A stretch of 64,000 bases of DNA from an uncultured archaeon (GTDB taxonomy: Archaea > Nanobdellota > Nanobdellia > Woesearchaeales > UBA9642). The notes under the pieces are model-generated. The model was given only the letters and a program-made list of their open reading frames with translations, made no database searches and was not told the origin of the DNA. Numbering within the stretch: the first letter of the stretch is position 1; every line of letters starts with the position of its first letter. Position numbers and translations under genes: made by a program. Shown here in pieces: positions 9,425 to 19,321 of this stretch. The stretch covers positions 6,596-70,595 of the forward strand of contig CAVZPN010000024.1 of NCBI GenBank assembly GCA_963777125.1. Reading direction: 5' to 3'.

Positions 9425-10273
9425 ATGGAAAGAAAATTAGTAAAACAAGGACGAGATGCATTAACAGTAACCTTACCATCAAAATGGCTTAAAGATAAAG
9501 GATTAAAAGCGGGAAGGGAAGTAAATATTAACGTGGAAAAAGAGAGATTAATCATTAGCGCAGAAAATAGCATCTTATTCAAAGAAATAACTGTTGACAT
9601 AAGAAATGATGAAAAAGGTATGAGTTGGCATAAATTAATAAGTAAATATGTTGATGGATATGATAAAATAATTATACTTCATTCAAATTCCGAATTAATA
9701 CCCTTATTTTCACAAAGTTTACTCGGAATGATAATAGAAGAACATACATCTTCAAGAACAGTATTAAAATCATTAATTTCTATTCCAGAAAATAATATTG
9801 ATATAATTATTAGAAGAATAGTGCATATGCTCGAGCAACAAGCCACATTACTAGAGCAAGTAGCAAAAGGAATAACGACAGAAAAAGAAGTAAAATCTCA
9901 AGAAAAATTACTAGATGCAAACATATATTATTGTCTAAGATACATAAACAAATATCATTCGCAACAAGACTCATATAAACATTTTTTATTATGCGCGACA
10001 ATAGAATCAGCTGGTGACACTATTTCAATAATTGCACAACATATTGATAAGGATACAAAATTAGCAAAAATAATTGTAAATGCAGTACAAACATATAATA
10101 AATATTTATTTTCTGGAGACTTAGATAAATTATATTTTTCATTAAGAACATTTAGAAACAGCATACCTAAAAAGACATTTGTACAAGGATTAACATTCGA
10201 ACTAGCAGAAATATTATACAATAATTTAGGCTATTTGATGGATAATAACAAAGAGCATCAACATACTAACTAA
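9425..10273 (+). CDS. PhoU-domain regulator with N-terminal AbrB/SpoVT-type swapped-hairpin domain
   Basis: N-terminus KLVKQGRDALTVTLPSKWLKDKGLKAGREVNINV is an AbrB/MazE fold. The remainder is a helical PhoU-like repeat. This architecture is typical of archaea. Confidence 0.65.
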   Translation: MERKLVKQGRDALTVTLPSKWLKDKGLKAGREVNINVEKERLIISAENSILFKEITVDIRNDEKGMSWHKLISKYVDGYDKIIILHSNSELIPLFSQSLLGMIIEEHTSSRTVLKSLISIPENNIDIIIRRIVHMLEQQATLLEQVAKGITTEKEVKSQEKLLDANIYYCLRYINKYHSQQDSYKHFLLCATIESAGDTISIIAQHIDKDTKLAKIIVNAVQTYNKYLFSGDLDKLYFSLRTFRNSIPKKTFVQGLTFELAEILYNNLGYLMDNNKEHQHTN

Positions 10274-10324
10274 CTAAATATAAATTACCATAAAAAATAT
10301 AAAAAGGAACCATAATAGCTCAAA

Positions 10325-10681
10325 ATGACCTTAAATGATCAATTAAATATAGAGGATGCTGAGTTTCTAAAAGCACAAATCGCATTTAATCTAAATCAAA
10401 TACAAACAAAATATGCGGTTTCAGAAAAAGATAGAGATATTGCAATAGATAATATATTACAACTATATGATTCAGGCATTAAAACTGAACAAATACCTAA
10501 AGATAAGCATGAAACATTCTGTCTACTTATGGCTTATAGATATTACAATCTAATTACAGATTCATTTGCTACATTAACAAGAGAAGCTAAAGGAAGAAAA
10601 TTAATATATTCTATTACGCCCATAACCGAGATAACAATAGATTATCTTCTTGAAAATGTAGGAATACAAAAACATAAATAA
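10325..10681 (+). CDS. hypothetical protein
   Basis: 118 aa ORF, co-directional with the PhoU-like gene. Confidence 0.4.
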   Translation: MTLNDQLNIEDAEFLKAQIAFNLNQIQTKYAVSEKDRDIAIDNILQLYDSGIKTEQIPKDKHETFCLLMAYRYYNLITDSFATLTREAKGRKLIYSITPITEITIDYLLENVGIQKHK

Positions 10682-10860
10682 CTCGTTATAAAAATTTCTA
10701 AAAAAAACAGCCCTAATACAAATTGCATCTTAAATTCTAATGCATGCATATTATAATAAAACAGCATAATCTTTCTTCAAATATTTTCTTTAGTCAAATA
10801 GTATTAATAAGGGTATAAAATCACAAATAACGTATATTCATTATAACATAGAAAAATCTT

Positions 10861-10894
10861 GTTACTACGCAAAAATTTATAAATAGCAAGTAAC
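10861..10894 (+). promoter_or_regulatory. inverted repeat GTTACT-N22-AGTAAC enclosing a TATA-like box (tttataaata) upstream of 10925
   Basis: Seen directly. Spacing to the ATG is approximately 45 bp with SD gagggtg. Confidence 0.3.
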
Positions 10895-10924
10895 ATACGT
10901 TTAATATAGTATGAGGGTGTAATA

Positions 10925-11746
10925 ATGAAGTTGCGTAAAATTAAAGATTTTTTAAACAACATTTTCCATGGTGTTAAAGGCAGTGCAATATTCTTTATGC
11001 TAGGAGTAATATTTTTCGCATTCTGGAAATTAATATATATTATTACATCTAAAGATTTACTATTATCCAAATATTTAATCTCAACAGTAATGGGCAGTCT
11101 CATAATTATAGGATTTATCTATGGAGTAATAGCATATAAAAAGAAAAATCATCATTATAAAATCTATACTATGACGGGTAAAAATTTTATAATTAACTTA
11201 ATATTAACAATAATATTTACAGGATATTTCTGGTATGTATTGAGAAATAAAGTCATTCCATCAAATACCATATACTTATTCTTCTTAGGAGCATTTATCT
11301 TATTTTATGCGTTCAGTGCATTAATCAGTAACATACATCATCATGTAACTAAAAAACAACATAAAAAAATAAAGAAAAGCACAATATTTTTTGCAGTAAT
11401 ATTTAATCCAATATTTATATTAATATATCTGTGGTTATTTAGCATGGTAGTATATAACTCAGTATATGTTCCTTGCGGTGTTAGTGTTATAGGAATAGAT
11501 AAGAATGTATACACAAGTAATACTAGAAATCTTGGCATAACAGCTAATGAACGAATAATTCTTATAGATAATATAGAAATAAATTCATTACAAGACGTTA
11601 GAGATTACATGGCAAGTCTTGAATCGACAAAAGAAGTGACTGTTGAAACGACTAAAAGCATATATTTAGTTAAAACATATCAAGTAGATAATAGAAGATA
11701 TATGGGACTATTACTAAAAGAGCAAGTATGTGCTAGAGAATATTAA
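10925..11746 (+). CDS. polytopic membrane protein with C-terminal PDZ-like domain
   Basis: Multiple TM helices. C-terminal GVSVIGIDKNVYTSNTRNLGITANERIILIDNIEINSLQDVRDYM resembles a PDZ fold. SD gagggtg lies upstream of the ATG. Confidence 0.5.
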   Translation: MKLRKIKDFLNNIFHGVKGSAIFFMLGVIFFAFWKLIYIITSKDLLLSKYLISTVMGSLIIIGFIYGVIAYKKKNHHYKIYTMTGKNFIINLILTIIFTGYFWYVLRNKVIPSNTIYLFFLGAFILFYAFSALISNIHHHVTKKQHKKIKKSTIFFAVIFNPIFILIYLWLFSMVVYNSVYVPCGVSVIGIDKNVYTSNTRNLGITANERIILIDNIEINSLQDVRDYMASLESTKEVTVETTKSIYLVKTYQVDNRRYMGLLLKEQVCAREY

Positions 11747-11754
11747 TAATTTCC

Positions 11755-12618
11755 TTATTTATTAATTATTGTGCGTTTACCTTTAAAACTTATACAAGGA
11801 ATGTCTTTAGCCCTATTTTCTAAAGGAACAAATAACTTATACCTCGTTGGATCTAAATTAATATATTTTTCCCCTAATTTAATACCAACCCACATATAAC
11901 TTTCTAAACTATTATTTTTATTAACACGATTACCTAGGCATATTCCTGCATTAAAGCGATAATAAGTTAATATGGAATACAATGCTAAACTCAAATCATT
12001 ACTATCACCTAATTTACCATTAGTTAATTGTTCAAGATCAACATATGAAGGACTTAATTTTCCCGTTCGCATATGTTTTACTGATAAATTATATATTTTT
12101 CTTAATCTTTCGTCTTGAGAAGACTCAGTAGCATTTATAGAATCTAAAGAAAATACTAGTTCTTTTAAAGGAATAAATTTAGGTATAATATTATCACAAG
12201 AAGTATTAGCTACATAATAAAGCTGTTTAAAATTTTGCATAAGATTCATATTAATAGTATTTTCAAGCAATCTAAATGAATTAGCATCAAATGACCAAGT
12301 ATTAACATGTTCTAAACTATCTATAAGTCTAACATAATTTAAATATTTTGGCGTTAAATAATTACGATTAAGTTTATTTAAAACGAAGGAAGAAATACCT
12401 TTTTCATTTTCCATAAAACATGAATCAATAGAATTATAAATGCTTGGCCAAGGAGCATCATTTTTACGTTTGGAAATACTATCAGAAACTTCTCTTGTAG
12501 AATAACTATTGTTTATATTAGAAGGAATGCTTTTATTAAAATTATCAGCATACATATTACTAGTTAAAAATGTTAAGGCAGTAACAAAATACAACTTAGA
12601 TAAAGAGGATAACCCCAT
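11755..12618 (-). CDS. secreted transglutaminase-like (papain-fold) protein, predicted catalytically inactive paralog
   Basis: Signal peptide. C-terminal core aligns with the neighbouring paralog (YSILTYYRFNAGICLG...YMWVGIKLGEKYINLDPT). Leu and Met/Tyr occupy the positions of the catalytic Cys and His. Confidence 0.5.
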   Translation of the reverse strand: MGLSSLSKLYFVTALTFLTSNMYADNFNKSIPSNINNSYSTREVSDSISKRKNDAPWPSIYNSIDSCFMENEKGISSFVLNKLNRNYLTPKYLNYVRLIDSLEHVNTWSFDANSFRLLENTINMNLMQNFKQLYYVANTSCDNIIPKFIPLKELVFSLDSINATESSQDERLRKIYNLSVKHMRTGKLSPSYVDLEQLTNGKLGDSNDLSLALYSILTYYRFNAGICLGNRVNKNNSLESYMWVGIKLGEKYINLDPTRYKLFVPLENRAKDIPCISFKGKRTIINK

Positions 12619-12816
12619 AGCAAAGATAAAAACAAATATATTTAAAAATATTACTATTCATGATTAAAACAACAGTCGCAAATAAGCGCAGTTAATCATT
12701 ATTAACACAAAGAAATTCAAGGTATAATACTTCTTGCAAGAAAAAGTCATATAAATTTTTTTAATACGACATTAGTCAAGAGTTTAATATTAAGCAAAGG
12801 AAAAAAAAACAATATC

Positions 12817-13695
12817 TTAACGCACAGTAATTTTGCGCTTTACTCCAATATATTCATCCTTTACAGTATAACGTTTAATATCTTTACACCTATTTTCTAA
12901 CGGCACAAAAAAAGGATAATAAGTAGGATCTAAATCAATATATCCGTCATCTAAATTTACGCCAATCCAGGCATGATATATTACTTTTTTCCCAGAATTA
13001 TTAATTTGTTTTCCAAAACACATAACAGCATCAAATCCATAATAAGTTAAAATAGAATAAAATGCAGGAGCAACAGCATTACATTTACCTAATTGACCAC
13101 TGACCAGACTATTAATATCCACATCGTCATTTGCATCTTTATCTACACTAATTTTAGTATTCAAACAATTATACATTTTTCGTAATTTCTCTGAAAGATC
13201 TAACTTATCAACAGATATAGAATCTAAAGAAGATAATAAATATTTTAATGAAACAACTTCATTTTTTAAATCAGTTCTCGAAATAGACTCAACATTCGAA
13301 ATGAGTTGAAAATTACGTATAGCAGTATCTACAAGTTCATTACACGATTGTTCTATTAAAGAATCGGGTAGCAAGCCCCAAATACCAACATTTTCTAAAC
13401 TATCAACTCTTCTAAAATATTCTAAATAATCGTCTTTTTTGTAACGAGAATTATCAACATTATTCAAAAATCTCTCAGATATGCCTCCTTTTCGTATAAC
13501 AAAACTTCGAGCGGAAGAATCATATATCTTAGGCCAACAAATTATTTGTTGATTCTTATCAGTAGAACCACTTTGAGAAGTATTTTGAGCATTAGCATTA
13601 ATAGTAGCTATAGATACAGATGAAACAGTTAATAATGCAGCAAGAGATAAATTAGATAAATACGATAAACTCATTAAGTATAGAAAAATAAACAT
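12817..13695 (-). CDS. secreted transglutaminase-like cysteine peptidase-fold protein
   Basis: Signal peptide. GKCNAVAPAFYSILTYYGFDAVMCFG matches the G-x-C...A..F..L...G(I/V)PAR core. YHAWIGVNL...YIDLDPT matches the H-x-W and D-P-T motifs, giving a Cys-His-Asp triad. Confidence 0.55.
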   Translation of the reverse strand: MFIFLYLMSLSYLSNLSLAALLTVSSVSIATINANAQNTSQSGSTDKNQQIICWPKIYDSSARSFVIRKGGISERFLNNVDNSRYKKDDYLEYFRRVDSLENVGIWGLLPDSLIEQSCNELVDTAIRNFQLISNVESISRTDLKNEVVSLKYLLSSLDSISVDKLDLSEKLRKMYNCLNTKISVDKDANDDVDINSLVSGQLGKCNAVAPAFYSILTYYGFDAVMCFGKQINNSGKKVIYHAWIGVNLDDGYIDLDPTYYPFFVPLENRCKDIKRYTVKDEYIGVKRKITVR

Positions 13696-13751
13696 ATTTA
13701 AAAATGTTACTATGGCGGAGTACTAAAACAAACTTAATTTATTAAATGTAC

Positions 13752-15311
13752 CTATTCCTTCACACCATACATCTTATAATATTTATTTTTTAAATAAGTC
13801 GTAAAATCACTTACATCTAAATCTTTACCACACGCATTTCTTATTATTTCTTTTGATGTTTTACTTGCAGCATACTGATGTACATGTTCTTTTAGCCAGC
13901 CTCGAATAAAAGTAAAATCTAATTTTTCTATATCTTTATCTATATCAGGATGTTCTTTTTTCATAGCATTATATAACATTACAGAATAAATACTTCCAAG
14001 AGCATAAGTTGGAAAATAACCTATATTACCTCCTGACCAATGTGAATCTTGTAACACACCTTTGGAAGGTTTATTTGGAGTTATTCCTAAATAATCTTGA
14101 TATTTTGCATTCCATACTTTCTCTAAATCCTCAACACGTATTTTATTTGCAAATAAATCTTTCTCTATTTCATAACGTATTATTACATGTAAACAATAAG
14201 TTAGTTCATCAGATTCTATTCTAACTAAAGATGGTTGTGCAATATTTATTGATTTATAAAATTGTGTCAAAGGTACTTTTTTTAATTGAGGAAACTTGGA
14301 TACATAATAAGTATAATATCCTTCCCAAAAGTTTTCTGATTTACAAACAACATTTTCCCAAAATCTAGATTGTGACTCATGTAATGCTAAACTTAATGAA
14401 CCACCACCCACGAGTATAGTATTATGCATTTTTGTATCAAAACTAGACTCGTATAATGCGTGACCAGATTCATGAACTGTACTTCCAAAACTAAAAAAAG
14501 GATCATCTCGTACAGCAGTTGTTATTCTAATATCATCACTACTAATGGTTGCCATAAATGGGTGTACTGTCTTTGCAAGCATATACCTATCAGTATCAAC
14601 TAATATCTTTTTAGCAATATCAGCCGATATTTCTAATTGAGTTTCTTTTGAAAATACTCCAAATGATTCAAGTTTTTTATTATTAATAGAAACATAATTA
14701 GGCGAAGATTTAATCTTAGATAATATTTCTAAAATATCTTTTTTTAATTTTACAAACACAGTATCAATATCTTTGATAGTAATTCCGCGTTCATAATCGT
14801 CAAGAAAAATATTATAAGGATTAGCTTTTGCATCAATATACTTAGCTTCTTTCTTTTTTAAATCAAATACTTTTTTTAGATGAGGCATAAATTCTGCATA
14901 CGATTCTTTGTTTCTTGCATTTACCCAAGCATTATGTGCAATAGATAAAGTCTTAGTATATTCTTCGACATGTTCTTTCGGAACGTTTAATTGTTTTTTT
15001 AATTTCCAATTATACAAATCAACTCTTGCTTTATCGAAAGTAGATAATTTTGCATAAATATTTTTTTGTGATAAGTTACGTATTAATGAAACTGTTTTTT
15101 TTGAAGTTAATAACTCATGTATTTGAACACTAATTAAAGCTTCTTGATCAGCTCTTTGCTCAAATGCTTTTTTTGGTAAATTAACATCCTCATCCCACTG
15201 AAGTAATGCACTAATTCCCTGAAGTAAAGAAGATTCTTTTTCCAAAGCGTTAAATTCTGTTAATATTACTGACAAATTGTTGGCATTAGATTTTGTATTC
15301 ATAATTATCAC
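13752..15311 (-). CDS. M32 family metallocarboxypeptidase (carboxypeptidase Taq-like)
   Basis: HESGHALYE zinc-binding motif in an approximately 500 aa protein with the typical M32 length and layout. Confidence 0.85.
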   Translation of the reverse strand: MIIMNTKSNANNLSVILTEFNALEKESSLLQGISALLQWDEDVNLPKKAFEQRADQEALISVQIHELLTSKKTVSLIRNLSQKNIYAKLSTFDKARVDLYNWKLKKQLNVPKEHVEEYTKTLSIAHNAWVNARNKESYAEFMPHLKKVFDLKKKEAKYIDAKANPYNIFLDDYERGITIKDIDTVFVKLKKDILEILSKIKSSPNYVSINNKKLESFGVFSKETQLEISADIAKKILVDTDRYMLAKTVHPFMATISSDDIRITTAVRDDPFFSFGSTVHESGHALYESSFDTKMHNTILVGGGSLSLALHESQSRFWENVVCKSENFWEGYYTYYVSKFPQLKKVPLTQFYKSINIAQPSLVRIESDELTYCLHVIIRYEIEKDLFANKIRVEDLEKVWNAKYQDYLGITPNKPSKGVLQDSHWSGGNIGYFPTYALGSIYSVMLYNAMKKEHPDIDKDIEKLDFTFIRGWLKEHVHQYAASKTSKEIIRNACGKDLDVSDFTTYLKNKYYKMYGVKE

Positions 15312-15386
15312 CTTAAAATCAAGTAAGTACTATATTAAAATATTATTTAAAAATTAAAAACTATAAAATTATAAAAACATATAAAC

Positions 15387-16064
15387 TTATTTACTATTAA
15401 TCATAGAAGAACAAATTCTACCTGCACCAATTCTTGACTCATATGTTTGTCCTTCTCTAATATTATTTTTAGTTTCTCTGAGAGTATAAGCAATACCAAC
15501 AATAATGCCTGCAGCAAAACCTACAAGACCAGTATACAAAACATCAGGATTCAAATCCGAATAAGTATTAGCATAGTATTTATCAGAGAAAGCCATAGCT
15601 AATGACTTAACTACTGCAAAGCTCATAAAACCTAACATTCCTAAACTAACTAAATTAAAATCATAATGTGTACGTTCATTTTTTTTAGTAAGTGCCTTTT
15701 TTACTGCCTTTCGTGAACTATAATTACATAATGCATGAACAAATTCTTGTCTATATTTAGAATCTATATCAACATCAATAGATACTCTAGAAGCATTATT
15801 AAGTACATCTTTAGAATAAACATCTGCGCCCATCTTTGCAGCAATAGTATTTATTAATAAGTCTCTATGATTAGGAACTCTAGCAATATCACGATTAATA
15901 TTAACTTTATAGGAAATATTATTATTGGTATAATTAGAACTAACACCTAAATCTTCTAAACTAAGAACATTAGAATCATTTTTTAATAATTTATCTAAAG
16001 TAGAATAATTCAACTTAGACTTCTCTAAAACATCAATCTTACTTAAATTAAGTTCGGCAGTCAT
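15387..16064 (-). CDS. hypothetical protein with C-terminal TM helices
   Basis: 225 aa ORF with hydrophobic segments near the C-terminus. Confidence 0.4.
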   Translation of the reverse strand: MTAELNLSKIDVLEKSKLNYSTLDKLLKNDSNVLSLEDLGVSSNYTNNNISYKVNINRDIARVPNHRDLLINTIAAKMGADVYSKDVLNNASRVSIDVDIDSKYRQEFVHALCNYSSRKAVKKALTKKNERTHYDFNLVSLGMLGFMSFAVVKSLAMAFSDKYYANTYSDLNPDVLYTGLVGFAAGIIVGIAYTLRETKNNIREGQTYESRIGAGRICSSMINSK

Positions 16065-16159
16065 ATTAATCCCCCTATTAACAAAAGCTTAAATAAGAAT
16101 AATTAGGTAATTTATAAATATTGATAAAATATATAAAGATACTAATATGAATTAGAAAT

Positions 16160-16717
16160 ATGAGTGGTGAGTTCGAATTTTCTAAACCTAAAGATGTTGC
16201 TCCAGCAATAGAGATTAAGCTAAAAAAAATTAATCAATTATTTAATTCATTTGATCCAAGTCCCTTTTTAGATAAAGAATTAGATGATGATGCAGTAGAA
16301 TACATTGTAAGTTATGCAATGGAATATGCTAAACTAAATCAAAAAATGATTATATATATTCCAACAAATCATAAATCTAAAATGTCAGAAGTTGAAATTA
16401 GAAGATCAATCCATAATTACTTCGAGTATAAAAGATCACTTGCAGAAAAAAGAATAAAATTAAAATTTCGTGAAGGACAATTAAGTTTAATTGTAGGAAT
16501 AAGTTTTCTCGTATCATGTATATTACTCGGAGAATATGTTAGAACGCTTGCGCAAAATACTTGGACATATATAATATTTGAAGGATTACTAATTGGTGGC
16601 TGGGTTGCTATGTGGAAACCAATAAGCGATATTTTGTATGAATGGTGGCCAATATATGATGAGAAAAAAATCTATCATAAACTTTCTGAAATGCCAATAG
16701 AATTTAGATATGTATAA
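16160..16717 (+). CDS. hypothetical membrane protein
   Basis: 185 aa ORF with 2-3 predicted TM segments in the C-terminal half. Confidence 0.4.
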   Translation: MSGEFEFSKPKDVAPAIEIKLKKINQLFNSFDPSPFLDKELDDDAVEYIVSYAMEYAKLNQKMIIYIPTNHKSKMSEVEIRRSIHNYFEYKRSLAEKRIKLKFREGQLSLIVGISFLVSCILLGEYVRTLAQNTWTYIIFEGLLIGGWVAMWKPISDILYEWWPIYDEKKIYHKLSEMPIEFRYV

Positions 16718-16784
16718 ACAACTATTTGAATTAAATTTTTCTTTAAAACGATTAATTAAATTATAAAAAAAATTAAAAGAAAAA

Positions 16785-17348
16785 TTATATTTTGCCTATC
16801 AAATCAACACCAGGTTTTAATGTCTTACTTCCTGGTTTCCAACTTGCAGGGCATACTTCTCCACCATTCTTTTCAACGAATTGTGCAGCTTCAATTTTTC
16901 TTATCAATTCAGCTGAACTTCTTCCAATGCTATTGTTATGAAATTCGTATGCTTTTACAACACCATGCGGATCAATAACAAACGTCGCTCTTAAAGATAA
17001 TCCTTCTGAATCAATTAATGTACCATAATTATTACATATAGTGTGTGTTGGATCTGCAAGCATAGGATAATTTATTTTTTTAATAGTTGCTGACTCATCA
17101 TGCCATGCTTTATGTACAAATGCAGTATCAACACTAACACTCAATATTTCAGTATTTAATTTTTTAAATGTTTCATAATTATCTGCGAGTTCTCCAAGTT
17201 CAGTTGGACACACAAAAGTAAAATCGGCAGGATAAAAGAATAACACAACCCATTTTCCTTGAAAATCTTTTAATGCAATATTTTTTATTTGTCCATCATG
17301 AAATGCTTCCACATTAAATTCCGGTGCTTTTTCGTTTATTTTTACCAT
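16785..17348 (-). CDS. peroxiredoxin (typical 2-Cys, AhpC/TSA family)
   Basis: Peroxidatic FTFVCPTEL motif and resolving-Cys motif GEVCPASW near the C-terminus. Confidence 0.85.
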   Translation of the reverse strand: MVKINEKAPEFNVEAFHDGQIKNIALKDFQGKWVVLFFYPADFTFVCPTELGELADNYETFKKLNTEILSVSVDTAFVHKAWHDESATIKKINYPMLADPTHTICNNYGTLIDSEGLSLRATFVIDPHGVVKAYEFHNNSIGRSSAELIRKIEAAQFVEKNGGEVCPASWKPGSKTLKPGVDLIGKI

Positions 17349-17369
17349 TTTTATTTTCCTCCATTCTAT

Positions 17370-18131
17370 CTATTTTTTATCTTTTTTAAAATAATACTTT
17401 AAATGCCACAATATATGAAATGCAGACACTATTAACATAATCAACCCGAAGACCACATGCCAATAGGATATATTAAAAAAAGTAGGAATTATAAAATTAT
17501 ATTCAACACGTAATAACCATAATAAAGAGGTAATCATAACAGGAATAAATACAATCAATAATAACCAATTCCATATTTTTCTATGAATATTAACACTAAT
17601 AATATTTCGTTTTGATAAAATAACAGTAAATAAATATAACAAGTGTGTAGCAAGAACTATTGCAATAATCGGATATGTGTGTGTAGAAGTTGTCTTATTC
17701 GTAACATCTTTTGAATCATTAATCATAGTTAATGCAATCTGTCTTACAATCACAGGTTTTACCGCATAATTATCGTGTAAATATTGAAATGAAGAAGATT
17801 TTTTTACTGAAATTCCTGCAACAGCAGATATCTCTTTTGCAAATTGATCGCCTTCAATTTTATAATATTCTGCTACTTGTTCAACAGTCATAGATTTTAT
17901 TTGAGTGCTTGTTAAATCGCTAGCAGATATATTTATATCACAACTATCAATTAAACTTTGAGATAAATCACACAAAGAATCTACATTTTTATCTATGTAT
18001 AGGCCGCATGATCCAGGAGCCGTATCATTAATTAATCCTATCGGACAATCTAATGCATTAACATTATTTAAACTAAATAAAAAAATACTTAGAAATAATA
18101 ATATCATTAAAAAATATTTTTGTAATTTCAT
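17370..18131 (-). CDS. membrane protein with Cys-rich extracytoplasmic N-domain and His-containing TM helices
   Basis: Signal peptide. N-terminal domain has six Cys (DCPIG...GSCG...SLCD...DSCD). Four TM helices carry conserved His (HTYPIIAIVLATHLL, HVVFGLIMLIVSAFHILWH). Sits between trxB and the peroxiredoxin gene. Confidence 0.45.
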   Translation of the reverse strand: MKLQKYFLMILLFLSIFLFSLNNVNALDCPIGLINDTAPGSCGLYIDKNVDSLCDLSQSLIDSCDINISASDLTSTQIKSMTVEQVAEYYKIEGDQFAKEISAVAGISVKKSSSFQYLHDNYAVKPVIVRQIALTMINDSKDVTNKTTSTHTYPIIAIVLATHLLYLFTVILSKRNIISVNIHRKIWNWLLLIVFIPVMITSLLWLLRVEYNFIIPTFFNISYWHVVFGLIMLIVSAFHILWHLKYYFKKDKK

Positions 18132-18159
18132 ATTAGCTCACTAGTAATTTATTTGTAAA

Positions 18160-19119
18160 TTATTTTAATGTAGATAAATAATCATATACTCCTAGAGCTG
18201 CGACAGCACCATTTGAAGCAGATATTACTAATTGTTTGTAAGGATTATATACTACATCTCCTGCTGCAAAAAAACCTGCAGTTTTAGTCATGCCTTTGAC
18301 ATCTATATCTAAATATCCAGATGAATTTAATTCTACAATATTTTTTATTGGTTCAACTATAGGGTTATAACCTACATTAACTATTATACCTTCTATAGGC
18401 AATTCTTTATTTTGACCATTAATATCTAATACTAGCGCAGTAACTCTTTTATCACCAATAATACTTGTAGGTTTTGCAGAATATATTATTTCAACATTAG
18501 GATCTTTAATTAATTTATCAATTAGTACAGGATCTCCTTTTAATGTAGGATATTTACTTATCAAATAGACTTTTTTAGCAATAGATTTCATATATATTGC
18601 TGAAGTTAATCCGTTATTTCCTGCACCAACTACTGCAACAGTCTTATCTTTGTATAATGGTCCATCACATATTGAACAATAGGTTACTCCTCGACCAAGC
18701 ATTTCTTTTTCTCCGGGAACTCCTAATTCTTTATACTTTGAGCCTGTTGCCCAAATTAATGTTTTGGAAAAGTATTTACCACCATAAGTTGTTACAATAA
18801 ATTTACTTCCATCCGAACTAGAATCATTTTTTGTAACATCTGTTACAGCATCTTCAATAATTTCTACATTAAAACCTTTCATATGTGTAACAAATTTTTC
18901 AGCCAATTCTTGTCCAGAAATACTTGAAAAACCAGGATAATTTTCAACAAAAGTAGTGTTCATTATTTCTCCACCAAATTCTGGAGAAATTATTGCAAAA
19001 GTCATTTCTTTTCTTGCAGCATATATTGCAGCAGTTATTCCTGCAACCCCGCCACCAACTATTAATAAGTCGTAGACTTTATTTTCAGTTGTTTGATTTA
19101 CTTGATTTTCATTAGTCAT
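18160..19119 (-). CDS. trxB: thioredoxin-disulfide reductase (low-Mr TrxR type)
   Basis: FAD-binding GGGVAG at the N-terminus. Redox-active CSICDG at the position of CATCDG. NADPH-binding GAGNNG. Confidence 0.8.
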   Translation of the reverse strand: MTNENQVNQTTENKVYDLLIVGGGVAGITAAIYAARKEMTFAIISPEFGGEIMNTTFVENYPGFSSISGQELAEKFVTHMKGFNVEIIEDAVTDVTKNDSSSDGSKFIVTTYGGKYFSKTLIWATGSKYKELGVPGEKEMLGRGVTYCSICDGPLYKDKTVAVVGAGNNGLTSAIYMKSIAKKVYLISKYPTLKGDPVLIDKLIKDPNVEIIYSAKPTSIIGDKRVTALVLDINGQNKELPIEGIIVNVGYNPIVEPIKNIVELNSSGYLDIDVKGMTKTAGFFAAGDVVYNPYKQLVISASNGAVAALGVYDYLSTLK

Positions 19120-19321
19120 ATATTCACCTTAAATTAACTTAGTTTATGTAATATAAAAATTTGATGTTATGCAAATATAAGAAGCATATTCATATTCTCA
19201 TTAGTAGTGCAAATTATAGCACACTTATAAATGTTAAGGAGTTGTGAATAAATACTGATTGAAAATGCACAAATGACAAAAGAAATTAACAATAAAGTAC
19301 AAAATAAAAAAGTATAAAAGT

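Noticed and set aside
10804-11103. 99 aa ORF overlapping the start of the PDZ-membrane protein gene on the opposite strand
   Set aside because: It overlaps the well-supported plus-strand gene (SD plus TM topology). Its composition looks antisense-like.
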